A stretch of DNA of 64,000 nt from Hypanus sabinus (lineage: Eukaryota). The notes below the pieces were generated by a model, which was not told where the DNA came from, made no database searches, and was given only the letters and a program-made list of their open reading frames with translations. Of this stretch, positions 1 to 10,825 are shown piece by piece (position 1 is the first letter of the stretch; each line of letters starts with the position of its first letter). The position numbers and the translations under genes are program-made. The stretch lies in contig NC_082708.1 in assembly GCF_030144855.1 (NCBI RefSeq), positions 26,846,001 to 26,910,000 of the forward strand. The letters run 5' to 3'.

Positions 1-124
1 TGAGGCTTGAACCAGTGACCTTCAGGTTACTAGTCTGATGCCTTGCCCACTAGGACTCGCACCAACACGCACCCAATACACTAATGCAATCATGAAGGCA
101 GCATATTAGTGGCACTACTTTGCC

Positions 125-545
125 AAGATTTGATATGTCACCAAAGATTTACAAATTTCTACAGATACACAGTGGAGAACATTCTGACAGGTCACATCAC
201 AACCTGGCTTACAGCCTCCAGAGAGATGTGAACTTAGTCAACTCTATCACAGGCTCACATTCACCACCATCACAAACACCTTTAAGAGGCAGTACCAGAA
301 GAAGGCAGCATCATCCAGGACACATCCTCCCTTCATTACTACCAACAGTGAGGAGGTAAAAGAGCCTAAAGACGCATACTCAACATTTTAGAAACAGCTT
401 TATCTCTCTGCCATCAGAAATTAGAATAGTCCACAGCACTTCCATTTTATTTATTTTCCACTACTGTGTAATTTATAGTAATTTTATGTCTAAGTAATGT
501 ATTGCTACTGCAAAAAATCATTTTACAAATGTCATGATGGCAATT
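125..545 (+). mobile_element. Rex1/Babar-type LINE 3' fragment
   Basis: Degenerate 'ttctacagatacacagtggagaacattctgacagg' region and 3' tail, recurring at ~51790-52280, ~55000-55990 and ~58500-59560; boundaries approximate. Confidence 0.6.
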
Positions 546-666
546 CCAATTCTTATTATTCAATAAGACATACATATACACACAAACAATGCCTGGAACA
601 TGTTGAAAGCAATTACCAGGTGCAGGAGTTCTTTTGTAAAATACTTTGAAAGATAGCTTTGAATAA

Positions 667-1154
667 GAGTAAAGCATTAAAACTACAAATGCCAAAAGCA
701 AATACTGCATGTGGAAATCTGAAATAAAACAACAGATGCAGAATTTATTCAGCAGATCATGTATACAAAACAGTTCAAAACTAATCACCTGAAAAATGGG
801 TAGAAAATCATCCTGATTAATTTCAGCTCTGTCTTTAAATCCTGCGAGTTCAAGAGCGAAGTCAGAACCAAGATTCTGACCCAAGAAGTCTAGGTCATTT
901 GTTATAATTTCCTGGACAAGAAAGAAAAAGTTAATCTATAGCATTTTGAATGCATTCCAAGATATTGTGTTCTAAATAGGTTAATGGCAATGAAATTGTA
1001 TTCAAGTAAGCTGCATTAAGATTCCCAATTTGGAATTGGGAATGCTTTTTATCAATTGTATGAGTAAAGCATTAAAACTACAAATGTCAAAAGCAAATAC
1101 TACATGTGGAAATCTGAAATAAAACAACAGATGCATAATTTATTCAGCAGATCA
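667..1154. repeat. 93-bp direct repeat pair (667-759 and 1062-1154) flanking a coding exon
   Basis: gagtaaagcattaaaactacaaatg...aatttattcagcagatca occurs twice, 395 bp apart, with about 3 mismatches. Confidence 0.9.
789..911 (-). CDS. Internal coding exon (EIITNDLDFLGQNLGSDFALELAGFKDRAEINQDDFLPIFQ) of a minus-strand gene continuing left of the window; TSGA10 candidate by synteny
   Basis: Strong acceptor ctttttctttcttgtccag|G, donor CAG|gtgatt, 123 nt, open in phase 0-0, phase-compatible with exon 6610-6663. Confidence 0.6.
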
Positions 1155-1949
1155 GACAGCATCCATAGAAAGCAGTTCAGGTAATTACCCTTTTGTCAAA
1201 ACTGCAAACATTTACAGATGAAAGGAATAGATACAAAACCGAAGTCTGTGACTTGGTGAAAGGCAGGTAAATAAGTGACAGAATAGACACTGCAGGTAAA
1301 AGTGGTTAAGGGCACTAGTGAATAATTAGACACACAAAAAACAAAAATTACCTTAAATTACATAATGACAGACATGTACAATGTCAAAGATGTTATTCAG
1401 GTTATATTATATACATTATGTGAACATATTTCATGTTATAAGTCAAAAACCATTTTCTTCAGACCCAGTCACAAACTGTTTACTTGACTGTGTCTCTTAA
1501 CAATTGCTCAAAATTGAATCAGACTGCTTAAACTTGTCAGTACTAAGATGTGCTTTGGAACAGATTGTGCTACAACCCAGACAACCTGTTTCCACTATCA
1601 TAATTTAATCCAGCTTCATTTCTGCTTCTTCAATTCTGTTACCTTTTGACCCCAATATTCCACACAAGACAAGCAAGCTTCTAAATCCTATGCAAATGTC
1701 CTCTAATTCTGGTCATTCTTATTGTCCCCTCGAGGGCTTCTAGACCTCTAAATCTTATTTCCTTCTTAATAGCAGCACTCCTCTTCAATCAAGCTTAGAT
1801 TATTGCTGTGATTTTCACCTTCAATAGCTGTCAACTTTAATTTGATAACACTCCCAGGAAGTGCCTTGAGATTTGCTGCATTCAGAAGGGAGTACATAAA
1901 ATGCTGATTTGTGTTTTTTTAAAAAATCAACTTACTTTAGGTCAACTTA

Positions 1950-4900
1950 AAAGTTAGACTGCATATTTGTTTATTGTGTATCAAAATGGATGGCAAGTCA
2001 GAAGATTGGACAGAATACAAAAATAAGAAAACATTGATAGGCAATGAAAAATTAGAATATGGACATTGCTAGCTAAAAAATTTAAAACAGATATCTAAGT
2101 TTCTATTGATATTAAGAGGAAAATAAGCTCCTGTCCTTTAAAAAGGAAATGTGGACAACAGTGGAAAACAAAAAGCAAATGCTAAATTGTGTTGCATCAG
2201 TCTTTGCTCAATGAATACAAGCAGGGATTAAAATGGAACAAAGAACTGAAAAGTGACCAAAAAACTGGTTCTAAGCAAATTGGTGGGCTAACAAGTCCTC
2301 AGCCCTAATGAACTCATTCTAGGATCAGATACTAGTTAATGATAACCTTGCCAGTATCAGATAAAAATTCCATAACATTTATAATTACAGCCCTCTTCAA
2401 AAAACTGAAACTATAAACATGAGGAAGTCTATAGATACTGGAAATCCAAAGCAACACACATAAAATACTGAAGAAACTTCAACACTTTCCTTATGCAAGA
2501 TGTTAAGTCAGCTGACTATAATTCAGTTGGCTTAACATCCGACACAAGAACTGTGTTGAAAATTATTAAAGACATTACAACAGGCCATCAAAAATATTAA
2601 GGAAATCAAAATGATTTACCAGTTCATTGGAACACAAGAATGATACAGTAGTAGGACAAATTGGGTCCTCAATCCAATCTTGTCTCAATAAACTGCACTC
2701 CACCCCCCCCCCCCCAATATCACTCAGCTCTATTGAAAATTAAAGGTCAATTTGCCTTGAATGTTTTCAATGAATCCATCTTCATAATCAAGAAAGGTGT
2801 AACACAGGTCAGTGCTAGGGTCTCACTTCTTAACAATTTACCCTAATGACTTGATTGAAAGTGCCGAAGAAACAATTGCCAAATTTGCTGATGACAAAGA
2901 TACACACGTGGAAAAATGTGGAAATAAAAAAGAGAAATTGCCCACATAGTAAGGAGCTCCGGAGCTGATTATCTGTTATTTGTGAAGTGGGGTGCCGTGC
3001 GCGATCATAATCAATTGGAAACAGACGTGGGAGCACAGGGGAACATCGGGAAATCTCCAGGAAGACCTTCTTCATTGCTGCTGCTGCTGCGAGATCTGGG
3101 ACTCTGCTGGGAAGAACAGGCCCCCAGTCCTCGGGGTGGTGTTGCTGATGGCCGTTGGCGAGGCCGTCTTAATACGCTCGGCAGAGGATGGTGCTCAGAG
3201 AAGCTGTGCCAGAGGGAATGGACATCGGCTCGGAGGTTCAACGGACTCTGAGTCCGCTGCAGTCAGGTTGCTTTCGGTATGTGCTGCGTCTGCGAGGCTG
3301 AGTCAGGCGACGCCGTGGAAGTCCATAGCAGGGGTATTCCCTTCTGCCGCCAGCGTGGGGTGGCGAGTCTGTCGGGACCCTGGGGATTTGTGGAAACTGT
3401 GTGGTGATTTCTTTTGAACTTATAGTCCTTTAACATCTTTGGACTTTTTTTTTTACTGTGCCCATGGTCTTTTTTTTAATCAATTATGCTATTGCTTGTA
3501 CTGTTGTATCTATATGCTGTAACTATGTGATTTTGTGCAGGTCTTGTATTGTCTGGTGGATTTGGAGCTCCTTTCTGGCGAACGTGCTAAGACGGTAGCG
3601 CAATATTAATACGCAGCAGCCTCTCCGGACTCTGGATTGGGGATTGCCAAACATTATGTGGATTTTCTGGATTTTCTGTTTTGTCATATGCTTTTGTGAT
3701 ATCATTCTGGAGGAACGTTGTCTCATTTTCTTTTTATTGCATTGCATTTGTGGTTTCTAAATGACAATAATCTGAATCTGTAAAGTAGTATTTCGCTAAA
3801 CAGTGAAAGATTGTAAAACTGAATTGCAGAAGGATCCAGGGAGCCCTCCATCATTCACAAAATGGCTCAAATGCAAGTAGTACAAGGAATTTGATAAGCT
3901 AACAGAACACTTATTAGGGAATTGAACATGAAAGGAGGTGTTTTTTGTTATCTAGGAGCACAGTACTCCAGTTGTAGTTATCCATGCAACCACAACTGGA
4001 GTACAAGCTTGATACTGATTTTGTCTAGTAAAGGATGTTAATATATTGGCAATTCAGAGAATGCTTATAAGTCTAACATCAGGAATAAGCCAGCTGTCTT
4101 ATGAGGGCAAATTACTACATGCTAGAAGAGTGAAATGGGACTTCATAGGAAAAAAAAGACCTCCAAATCTCAACATGGTGGAGAATCTAGAAAAAGGCAT
4201 CACTCATTTAAGGAAAGGCCAAATTTCTTTCCTTAAATGGTTCCAAGTGCTTGGTACTTTCATTCTCAAGGATGGTTGAAGCAGAGTCTGAATAAGGCAA
4301 AGGTAGATTCTTGATAGCCAAACATTCTAGGTTACCATGAGTAGGTGAGAATGCAGAGGGGAGATAACCAAATCAGACAGAACCTTAATGGATGGCAGAG
4401 AGATTCAAAGGGTCTACATTTTAACTCCCTGCTCTTTTGTATGAAGTTAAAAAGTGGGTTTCCACAAACAGACAAAACAACGTTAAGACTGAATGAAAAC
4501 TAGTTTCGAGAACATTGATGTCCACCCACCAGTTGGGAAATGTCAGTCAAGATATCCTGATGAATCATTTTCAGTTTTGGACAGCCCACTTACAGGAAAG
4601 ATTATCATTATGCTGGAAAGAGTGCAGAAAAGAATTAAGAAGATTTCATCAGGATGCAAGGGCTGAGGTTACAGAGAGAAGTTGAGCAGGCTGAGCATAG
4701 GATATGAGGTGGTGATCTTATAAAGGTATATAGACAGGGTGGATTCATAGTCTTCTTACCAGGGTTGGTGAAATCCAGAAAATGCCATAAATTTACAGTG
4801 AGAGATATAACTTGTTTCACATAGAAGGGGGTACATATATGGAACAACCATCCAGAAGAGGAGACTTAAAGTTCAAAGTACAATAACATTTAAAAAGACA

Positions 4901-6020
4901 TTTAGACTGCCACATGGGTAAAGAGACATGGATCAAATGCAAAAATGGCAGTAGATAGACTTGGGAATAGTTGTGCTTCACAGGAACATTTCTGGGACCC
5001 TTGCTCTTTGAATAAATGACCGATAAGGGAGTGGAAGTGTAGGTTATTATGTTTCAGATGACACAAAGATTGGTGTTATAGATAGTGGTTCCTAACCTTG
5101 AGTCCACAGACCTCTCAGATAATGGTAGAGATTGAGAGCATAACAAAGGTTAGGTACCCCTGGGAAGGAAAAAGTGTAAAGTGATACACCTTGGAAGATT
5201 GAACTTGAAGGCAGAGTACAAAGTTATTGGCAACATTCTTAGTAGTGTAAAAGAACAATCGGATCTTGGATCCCATGTATATATATCCCTTAAAGTTACC
5301 AAAGAAATTGAGATGGTGGTTAGCTACAACCAAGGCGACACTGGTGCCTCATGGCAATCAATGTCCAACGGGGTTTTGCGATCACAAAAGAAACGTCCAA
5401 GACAGACCCTCAAGGTTTCACTGCATGCCGCCTTCACATCAACTCGAGTGCCTCCTGAGTAGCAGGTTAAGGGTGAAAGATGAAATGTTGAAGGGCAACT
5501 TCTTTACACAGAGGGTAGTAAGAGTGTGGAATAAGATCCAATGCAAGTGATGGGTTCAGGGTTGATTTCAATATTTAAGAGAAATTTGAATAGGTACATG
5601 GATTTGAGGAAAATGGAGGCCTTTTGCCCAGGTGCAAGTCAATAGGACCAGGCAGCTAATGGTTTCAGCATGGAATAGGTGGGCAGAAGTGCCCTTTTAT
5701 GTGCCATTGTATTCTATGACTACCAAGTGGACAACTAGAGACTTTTCTCCAGGGCTGAAATGGCCAACATAAAAGAGCGTAATTTTAAGGTAATTTGAGG
5801 AAAGTATGGGGCGGGGGGGTCAGAAATAGGTTTTATTAAACAGAGTGGTAGGTGTGTAACACTAACAGGGCACGTGGTGGAGGCAAATACATCAGAGACA
5901 TTCAAGAGATTCTTAGATGGGCACATGAAGGGGTAAGTGGGATGGAGTGCGAGTTTGTACTTTGAGTAGGTTCAAAGGTCAACATAACAGTACTGCTCTA
6001 TATTTTGCATTCTATGTTCA
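1950..6020 (+). mobile_element. Cluster of old CR1 LINE fragments, interrupted at 2990-3780
   Basis: Degenerate RT motifs (aaatttgctgatgacaa, KFADD) and CR1 3' ends (ttctttacacagagggtagtaagagtgtggaa; ttctatg tails). Confidence 0.65.
2990..3780 (+). mobile_element. Young CpG-rich non-autonomous retroelement with Rex1-like tail
   Basis: Abrupt CpG-rich block ending aaatgacaataatctgaatctg; imperfect flanking duplication tgtgaagtgg/tgtaaagtag. Confidence 0.5.
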
Positions 6021-6362
6021 TATTGGCATGGTTTACTCAAGCTGCCAGAGTGGAATTTGAACTCTCATTTGTTAAATCACCAGTCAAGCAAAATAATAAC
6101 TCTAGAGCACTTTTTAAACCTTTACCAAGATACAGCGTCCAAAAGGGATAATTTTTCAGTTGTAAACTATGATTGAACAATTGTTAAGTTTATGGACATG
6201 CTAATTAATCAGTACATATTACAGTCCTATGGTTGCTCATTTACACAAAAGGAACAATTGGAAATTCAGTTGACAGTTGGTTAACTGGATTCATCTTTCA
6301 GCTTTATTTTGATGAGGAAATTTTCTAGTTGTTTGATCGGGGAAAACAACCACAGGAGCACA

Positions 6363-6380
6363 TAGTTGCTATAGCAACTA
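6363..6380. promoter_or_regulatory. RFX X-box (perfect 18-bp palindrome TAGTTGCTATAGCAACTA)
   Basis: Core GTTGCTATAGCAAC matches the X-box consensus GTTGCCATGGCAAC; about 230 bp into the intron after the first coding exon. Confidence 0.65.
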
Positions 6381-6609
6381 CTGAGCTTTTAGGATTATTT
6401 TACTTGATGTACAAAATCTTGAAGACTTTTTAAACAAACATTGGTTCAAATTCACATTACAGAAAGCTTGTCTTTTGAAAAGATGCTACCCAAGAACAAT
6501 TACTTTTAAAGCTAACTACTTTAATAACCCGAGTACAACTTTAAACTAAAAAGTACACAGTTGACTTTAGCTTCTACCTGAGTATTTCCAGTTTATTTTA
6601 AACTTTTAC

Positions 6610-6663
6610 CTTGAAGTTAGAGGCTGCCCAACTCCATCTCCGCGTAGGCAAGTCTGAAGACAT
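6610..6663 (-). CDS. First coding exon (MSSDLPTRRWSWAASNFK) of the minus-strand gene; TSGA10 candidate
   Basis: Acceptor cctgttttaccag|c then ATG at 6663; 18 codons; donor AAG|gtaaaa in phase 0. Confidence 0.6.
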
Positions 6664-6999
6664 GCTGGTAAAACAGGGGGAGCTTTCTCTTCACTCCTCC
6701 CCCCACCCTTGCGGTTAAAACCTCTCGGTACTTTCAGTGCCCTCAAAAGTCCCCCTCCCCCCTCCAGTTTCCCCAAACCTGACTCCCCCCACAGCTTGTT
6801 GATGTGATGTAAAACAGGTTGCGTGGCTTTATGACATCAAGAGGACTGGAGGGACAGAGAGACAGAAAGGCCGAGAGCCAAGACCGGGGTAAGCAAACAC
6901 ACCCGTGTACAAAATAAACTTAGAGCCAGTAACTTCACCAAGAGCCCCTCCAGTATTTCCACAACAGGTAGTCCCTGTCACAGCCACGCTTTCCCTTCT

Positions 7000-7560
7000 C
7001 AATGTCTCACCCGTTCAAGCAGAACGACATCAATGAGATAGCACACTCGCACCTCCAACTCTTCACCGGTACCCACCACCTACGGACGCTCAAGCAGAAG
7101 CCGAAGCCGAAGCTCCGCGGGCACCTGGTCACTGGCCAAATCCGCCTATGGCAGCCGACCTTGCACAGAGGGTGCGGAACAACCAATTAAAACATTCCGC
7201 TCTCCGTTCCCCGGAGAGCTCTAACCAATCAGCGTCCGGTAACGGGAAGAGTAACTTCCCCCCCCCCCCCCGGGAAATACGGCTGTCGATAAAGCTGGTT
7301 CTTATTAGGGTCGCGCTATTTTTTGTTAAAAGTTTTTTTTTTACCCTCTCTCTTTTCCTCCCGTACAATTGCAGAAAGCCGAGCTCCCGATTTAATTAAT
7401 ATCAACAAAAACACAACCGTTAGCCCTCCCCCACTACGACGCCGGTTGCCCGGTTACGCCGCGTGCCTAACAACCGAAACAACCCGGATGAAAGGGCATT
7501 TACAGCGTCCCGCTCGTAAGTCGTGCCGAGTTTCTCAATTAACTGACATTATTCACAGGA
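7000..7560. promoter_or_regulatory. CpG-island, probably bidirectional, promoter
   Basis: CpG-dense; CCAAT boxes near 7183 and 7225; X-box-like GTTGCCCGGTTAC 7445-7457; CCGGATG ETS-like site; outward-facing donors at 7010 (-) and 7516 (+, CTC|GTAAGT). Confidence 0.7.
7011..7200 (-). other. Putative non-coding first exon of the minus-strand gene
   Basis: Donor CGG|gtgaga at 7010 inside the CpG island; 5' end not defined. Confidence 0.45.
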
Positions 7561-8036
7561 TAAAATACATCAAATCATTTATCATTTCCTGTCACCTTAT
7601 TCCTGCACATTAACGTCATTTTTGTACATTCCATCCGTCTGTGTATATACGCTAACCTTATGTATATTCGGCCACGCTTACCTATACACTGTATCGTATA
7701 GAATTATCTTTATACTTACATTTATTGTGTTTGTTTTCGTTGTTTTCTCCTTTCTGCTCATTGTGTTCTTTTATTTGTGTTGCATCGAATCCGGAGCACT
7801 ACGACAGTTAACGTCAGTCGTAGTTTACTGAAGAATGATAATACACAATCTTGAATCACGTTTTAATATTAAGTTGGTTCATTAGTCAGTAAATTCGGTG
7901 CGAAATACCAAGAGGAAACATTTGTTAATCAACGCGATCCGAAATTTTAACAGCACCATGTAACTCACAGGCAAGAAACAAAATAGAGTGAAATAAATCC
8001 TATGTCAGTTCAATTATTCAGATTAGTTTAACACGT

Positions 8037-8291
8037 TCATTGCATCAGCAGTGAGGAGGGTGCGATGCAATGAACAACTTGTGGCGATGCATTTTCTTGC
8101 GAGCAAATCCGTTTTATCTCTGCCAGACTGAGATTTAGGCGGAAAGCGCGCATTTTGCCTAGTACTACATTGTTTCCTCTGCTTGAGGTCGTTAACTGGC
8201 GAACTGGTAAGAGGGAGGGCTCGCAAGATGAGGGGAGCGGCAATTTCAAAGTTCGGAGCGTACATGTGGCTCTGCACTTAAGCCTGGGAAC
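8037..8291 (-). pseudogene. Putative terminal exon of the decayed gene (VPRLKCRATCTLRTLKLPLPSS...SSLLMQ*)
   Basis: Acceptor aattttcctgatttctcag|GTT, 84 sense codons then TGA, ATTAAA on the minus strand at 7862-7867. Confidence 0.45.
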
Positions 8292-8523
8292 CTGAGAAAT
8301 CAGGAAAATTTGAACAGGTTAGGATTTTATTCCTTGGAAAGCGGGAAAATGGGAGCGGGTTCTTACAGAGGTATACGAAAGTATGAGGGGCATATTACAG
8401 GGGGAATAGGCTTTTCCCCTCAGGTTGGTTAGGACTAGAAGTAATGGTTTAGGGTGAAAAGGGAAATTTTAAGGGGAACCTGAGGGGGAACTTCTTTACT
8501 CAGATGATGTGGAAGGTGTTTCC

Positions 8524-8911
8524 TGTTAAACAAGCGTGGCGGTGGACGAACCCAAGTACAGAACACAGGCGTGGAGGCAGAATAGGGAGGCGTTATTAAC
8601 GTAGCGAGCGTGGAGTCGGTATCCAGGAGCGATGCTAGACTTAGAACTGGGAGTCCTAAGAACCATGAAGCAAGGTTACTCACACCAGGAGTCGACCAAC
8701 AAACTGGCAGCTCCTTGTTGTGGTCACAGGGTTTTTATACTACATTTGCTGATGGAAAGCGGGTGTTTGTAGTTAGTGGAACCTGAGAATGATTGGAAAC
8801 TAAACAAAGTGGTTGAAGCCCAATTCCTGAGGTAAATAGCCAGGTGGGCAATTGCCAGAAGGGACCATGACATTTCCAGTCGAAGCCGTGGGAGCACGTT
8901 CAATCCTAACA
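8524..8911. mobile_element. Solo LTR inserted in a CR1 fragment
   Basis: Termini TGTTA...TAACA; flanks ttcc/ttca (imperfect 4-bp TSD); CR1 3' sequence on both sides. Confidence 0.5.
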
Positions 8912-9466
8912 TTCAGGAGAAATATGGAGAAGTACAAGGATGAGAGAGTATGGAAGGCTATGATCCAGGTATAGGTAGACAGGATAGGCAGAAGACCAAA
9001 TCAACATGGATTAGATGGGCTGAAAAGCCTGTTTCTTTGCTGTAGTACCTCTGTGACTCTCATCAAAAAGCAAGGCTGCCACTATTGAGGGAATGTTGTA
9101 TTGTCATATTATCACAGAGTCATACAGCACAAAAATAGGGCTTGCAGCCTAACTTGTCCATGCCAACAGTTATGTTTTGCAATTCCAGAGCTAATCAATA
9201 GAAAAACACGGGGAAACAGGATAAAATTGCCTACTTCAGTCTTTCTTTTTAGTGAGGCATGCACTTACAATATGGTGGCAGAACCACATATGTCATTCAC
9301 ATACTTTTACATATAACCCAAAATGCATTATGTAAAGAACAAAGAATACTTAATCAGAATCAGGTTTATTATCACCGGCATGTGATGTGAAATTTGTTAA
9401 CTTAGCAGCAGCAGTTCAATGCAATACATAATCTAGCAGAGAAAAAAATAGATTAAATAATACATC

Positions 9467-9502
<36 letters not shown>

Positions 9503-9689
9503 CAAGTAAATCAATTACATATATTGAATACTGTAGATTTTTAAAAAGTGCTAAAACAGAAATACTGCACACAGTATTTAAAAAAGTGAGGTAGTGTCCA
9601 AAGCTTCAATGTCCATTTAGGAATCGGATGACAGAGGGGAAGAAGCTATTTCTGAATCGCTGAGTGTGTGCCTTCAGGCTTCTGGGCCA

Positions 9690-9872
9690 TCAGGGCGCCA
9701 TCATGACAAGCTTTTTGCACCGATCTTTTTGGTGATTGCTCATCATACAGCGTGTCTTGGGCATCTGAAACCTGGCGGAGCCCACCCCTCTCCAGGTTTT
9801 TGGAGCCAGTTGGATTTGAACTTGGGAGCCTTCGCTCTGAAGTCGGACACTGATGCCACTACGCCACCAGCC
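9690..9872 (-). mobile_element. tRNA-derived SINE
   Basis: Minus strand gctggtggcgtagtggcatcag...aagttcaaatcc (A and B boxes); same head as 22088-22260. Confidence 0.65.
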
Positions 9873-10825
9873 AACATTATATTTAAAAACAGTATATCTA
9901 CAATATTACTATAATATTAAATACACTATGCTTCTCCCTGCTTAGCTATAAACTTTAACTCAATGTAGAATGCATATCAACTATATACTCAGTGTGCTAT
10001 ATAATACAACTACTATCTGGACATCCACAGAACAGTAAATTTTAGATTGTCCCATTCAGGCCTAAAGATTGAATCACGTGGAGGATTCCTTACTCTTTTA
10101 AGATAAAGTTTTTCCTGAGGGGGGTGGTGGCTGGAGAGACTTGTGTCTATGAAACAATCTCAGATTCTGGGGCTTCCACTGTGGTGGTTGTAGGAGGTGA
10201 CTCTGGGACTGCAGGAAGTGGTTCTGACAGCTCTGGACACCTTTCTCCTTCAGCAATTAACTCTGCTCTCCTCAGCTGTTTGTCTCCAAACAATATCAGG
10301 TGCAATCTCCACAGTGCAGGGGAGTGGTCCCTTTCTGGTCCTTCTCTTTCCAAGTACTTGGCTTTTGATCAGTTGCAGTGCGTAGCCCTCTCCAGCTTGT
10401 CCATGAGTGAGGCATCGAACTTCTTTGTTTGCAGAGCCCTCTATTTGTCTCAGCTGTTTATCCTGCATCCTCCTTCTGAGATTGGCTTGAGTGCAAGGGT
10501 TGACCCAGGAACAACACAGCTAACTGGTGAGTTGTTGGTTGCGGAGTGTGTTGCAATGTGAGATGCAAGGAGGAAACTGGTAAGCTTCCTATTCAGTGTC
10601 AGTGTGGTGTGTTCTGCTGACGTTGCTCACAGTGTGCTCTTTAGATTCTGGACTCACCTTTCCGCTAAGCCATTTGTAGCTGCGTGTTATGGTGCAGATG
10701 TAACATGTCTTATTTTGTTCATTTTCAAGGAAGACTAAAACTCTCCCACAACAAACTGTGCTACATAGTAACTAAGTGTTCTGGAATACCAATCTTTCAG
10801 AAGAGGCTTCCCAACACATTATCAA

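Noticed and set aside
447-884. 145-aa minus-strand ORF as a stand-alone gene
   Set aside because: Only the part within the spliced exon 789-911 looks coding; the rest reads through a donor into intronic repeat sequence
1021-1043. 10-bp hairpin attcccaatt-tgg-aattgggaat
   Set aside because: Short, isolated and compatible with chance; no functional context
10124-10561. 145-aa plus-strand ORF
   Set aside because: Antisense shadow of the Gypsy integrase C-terminal region
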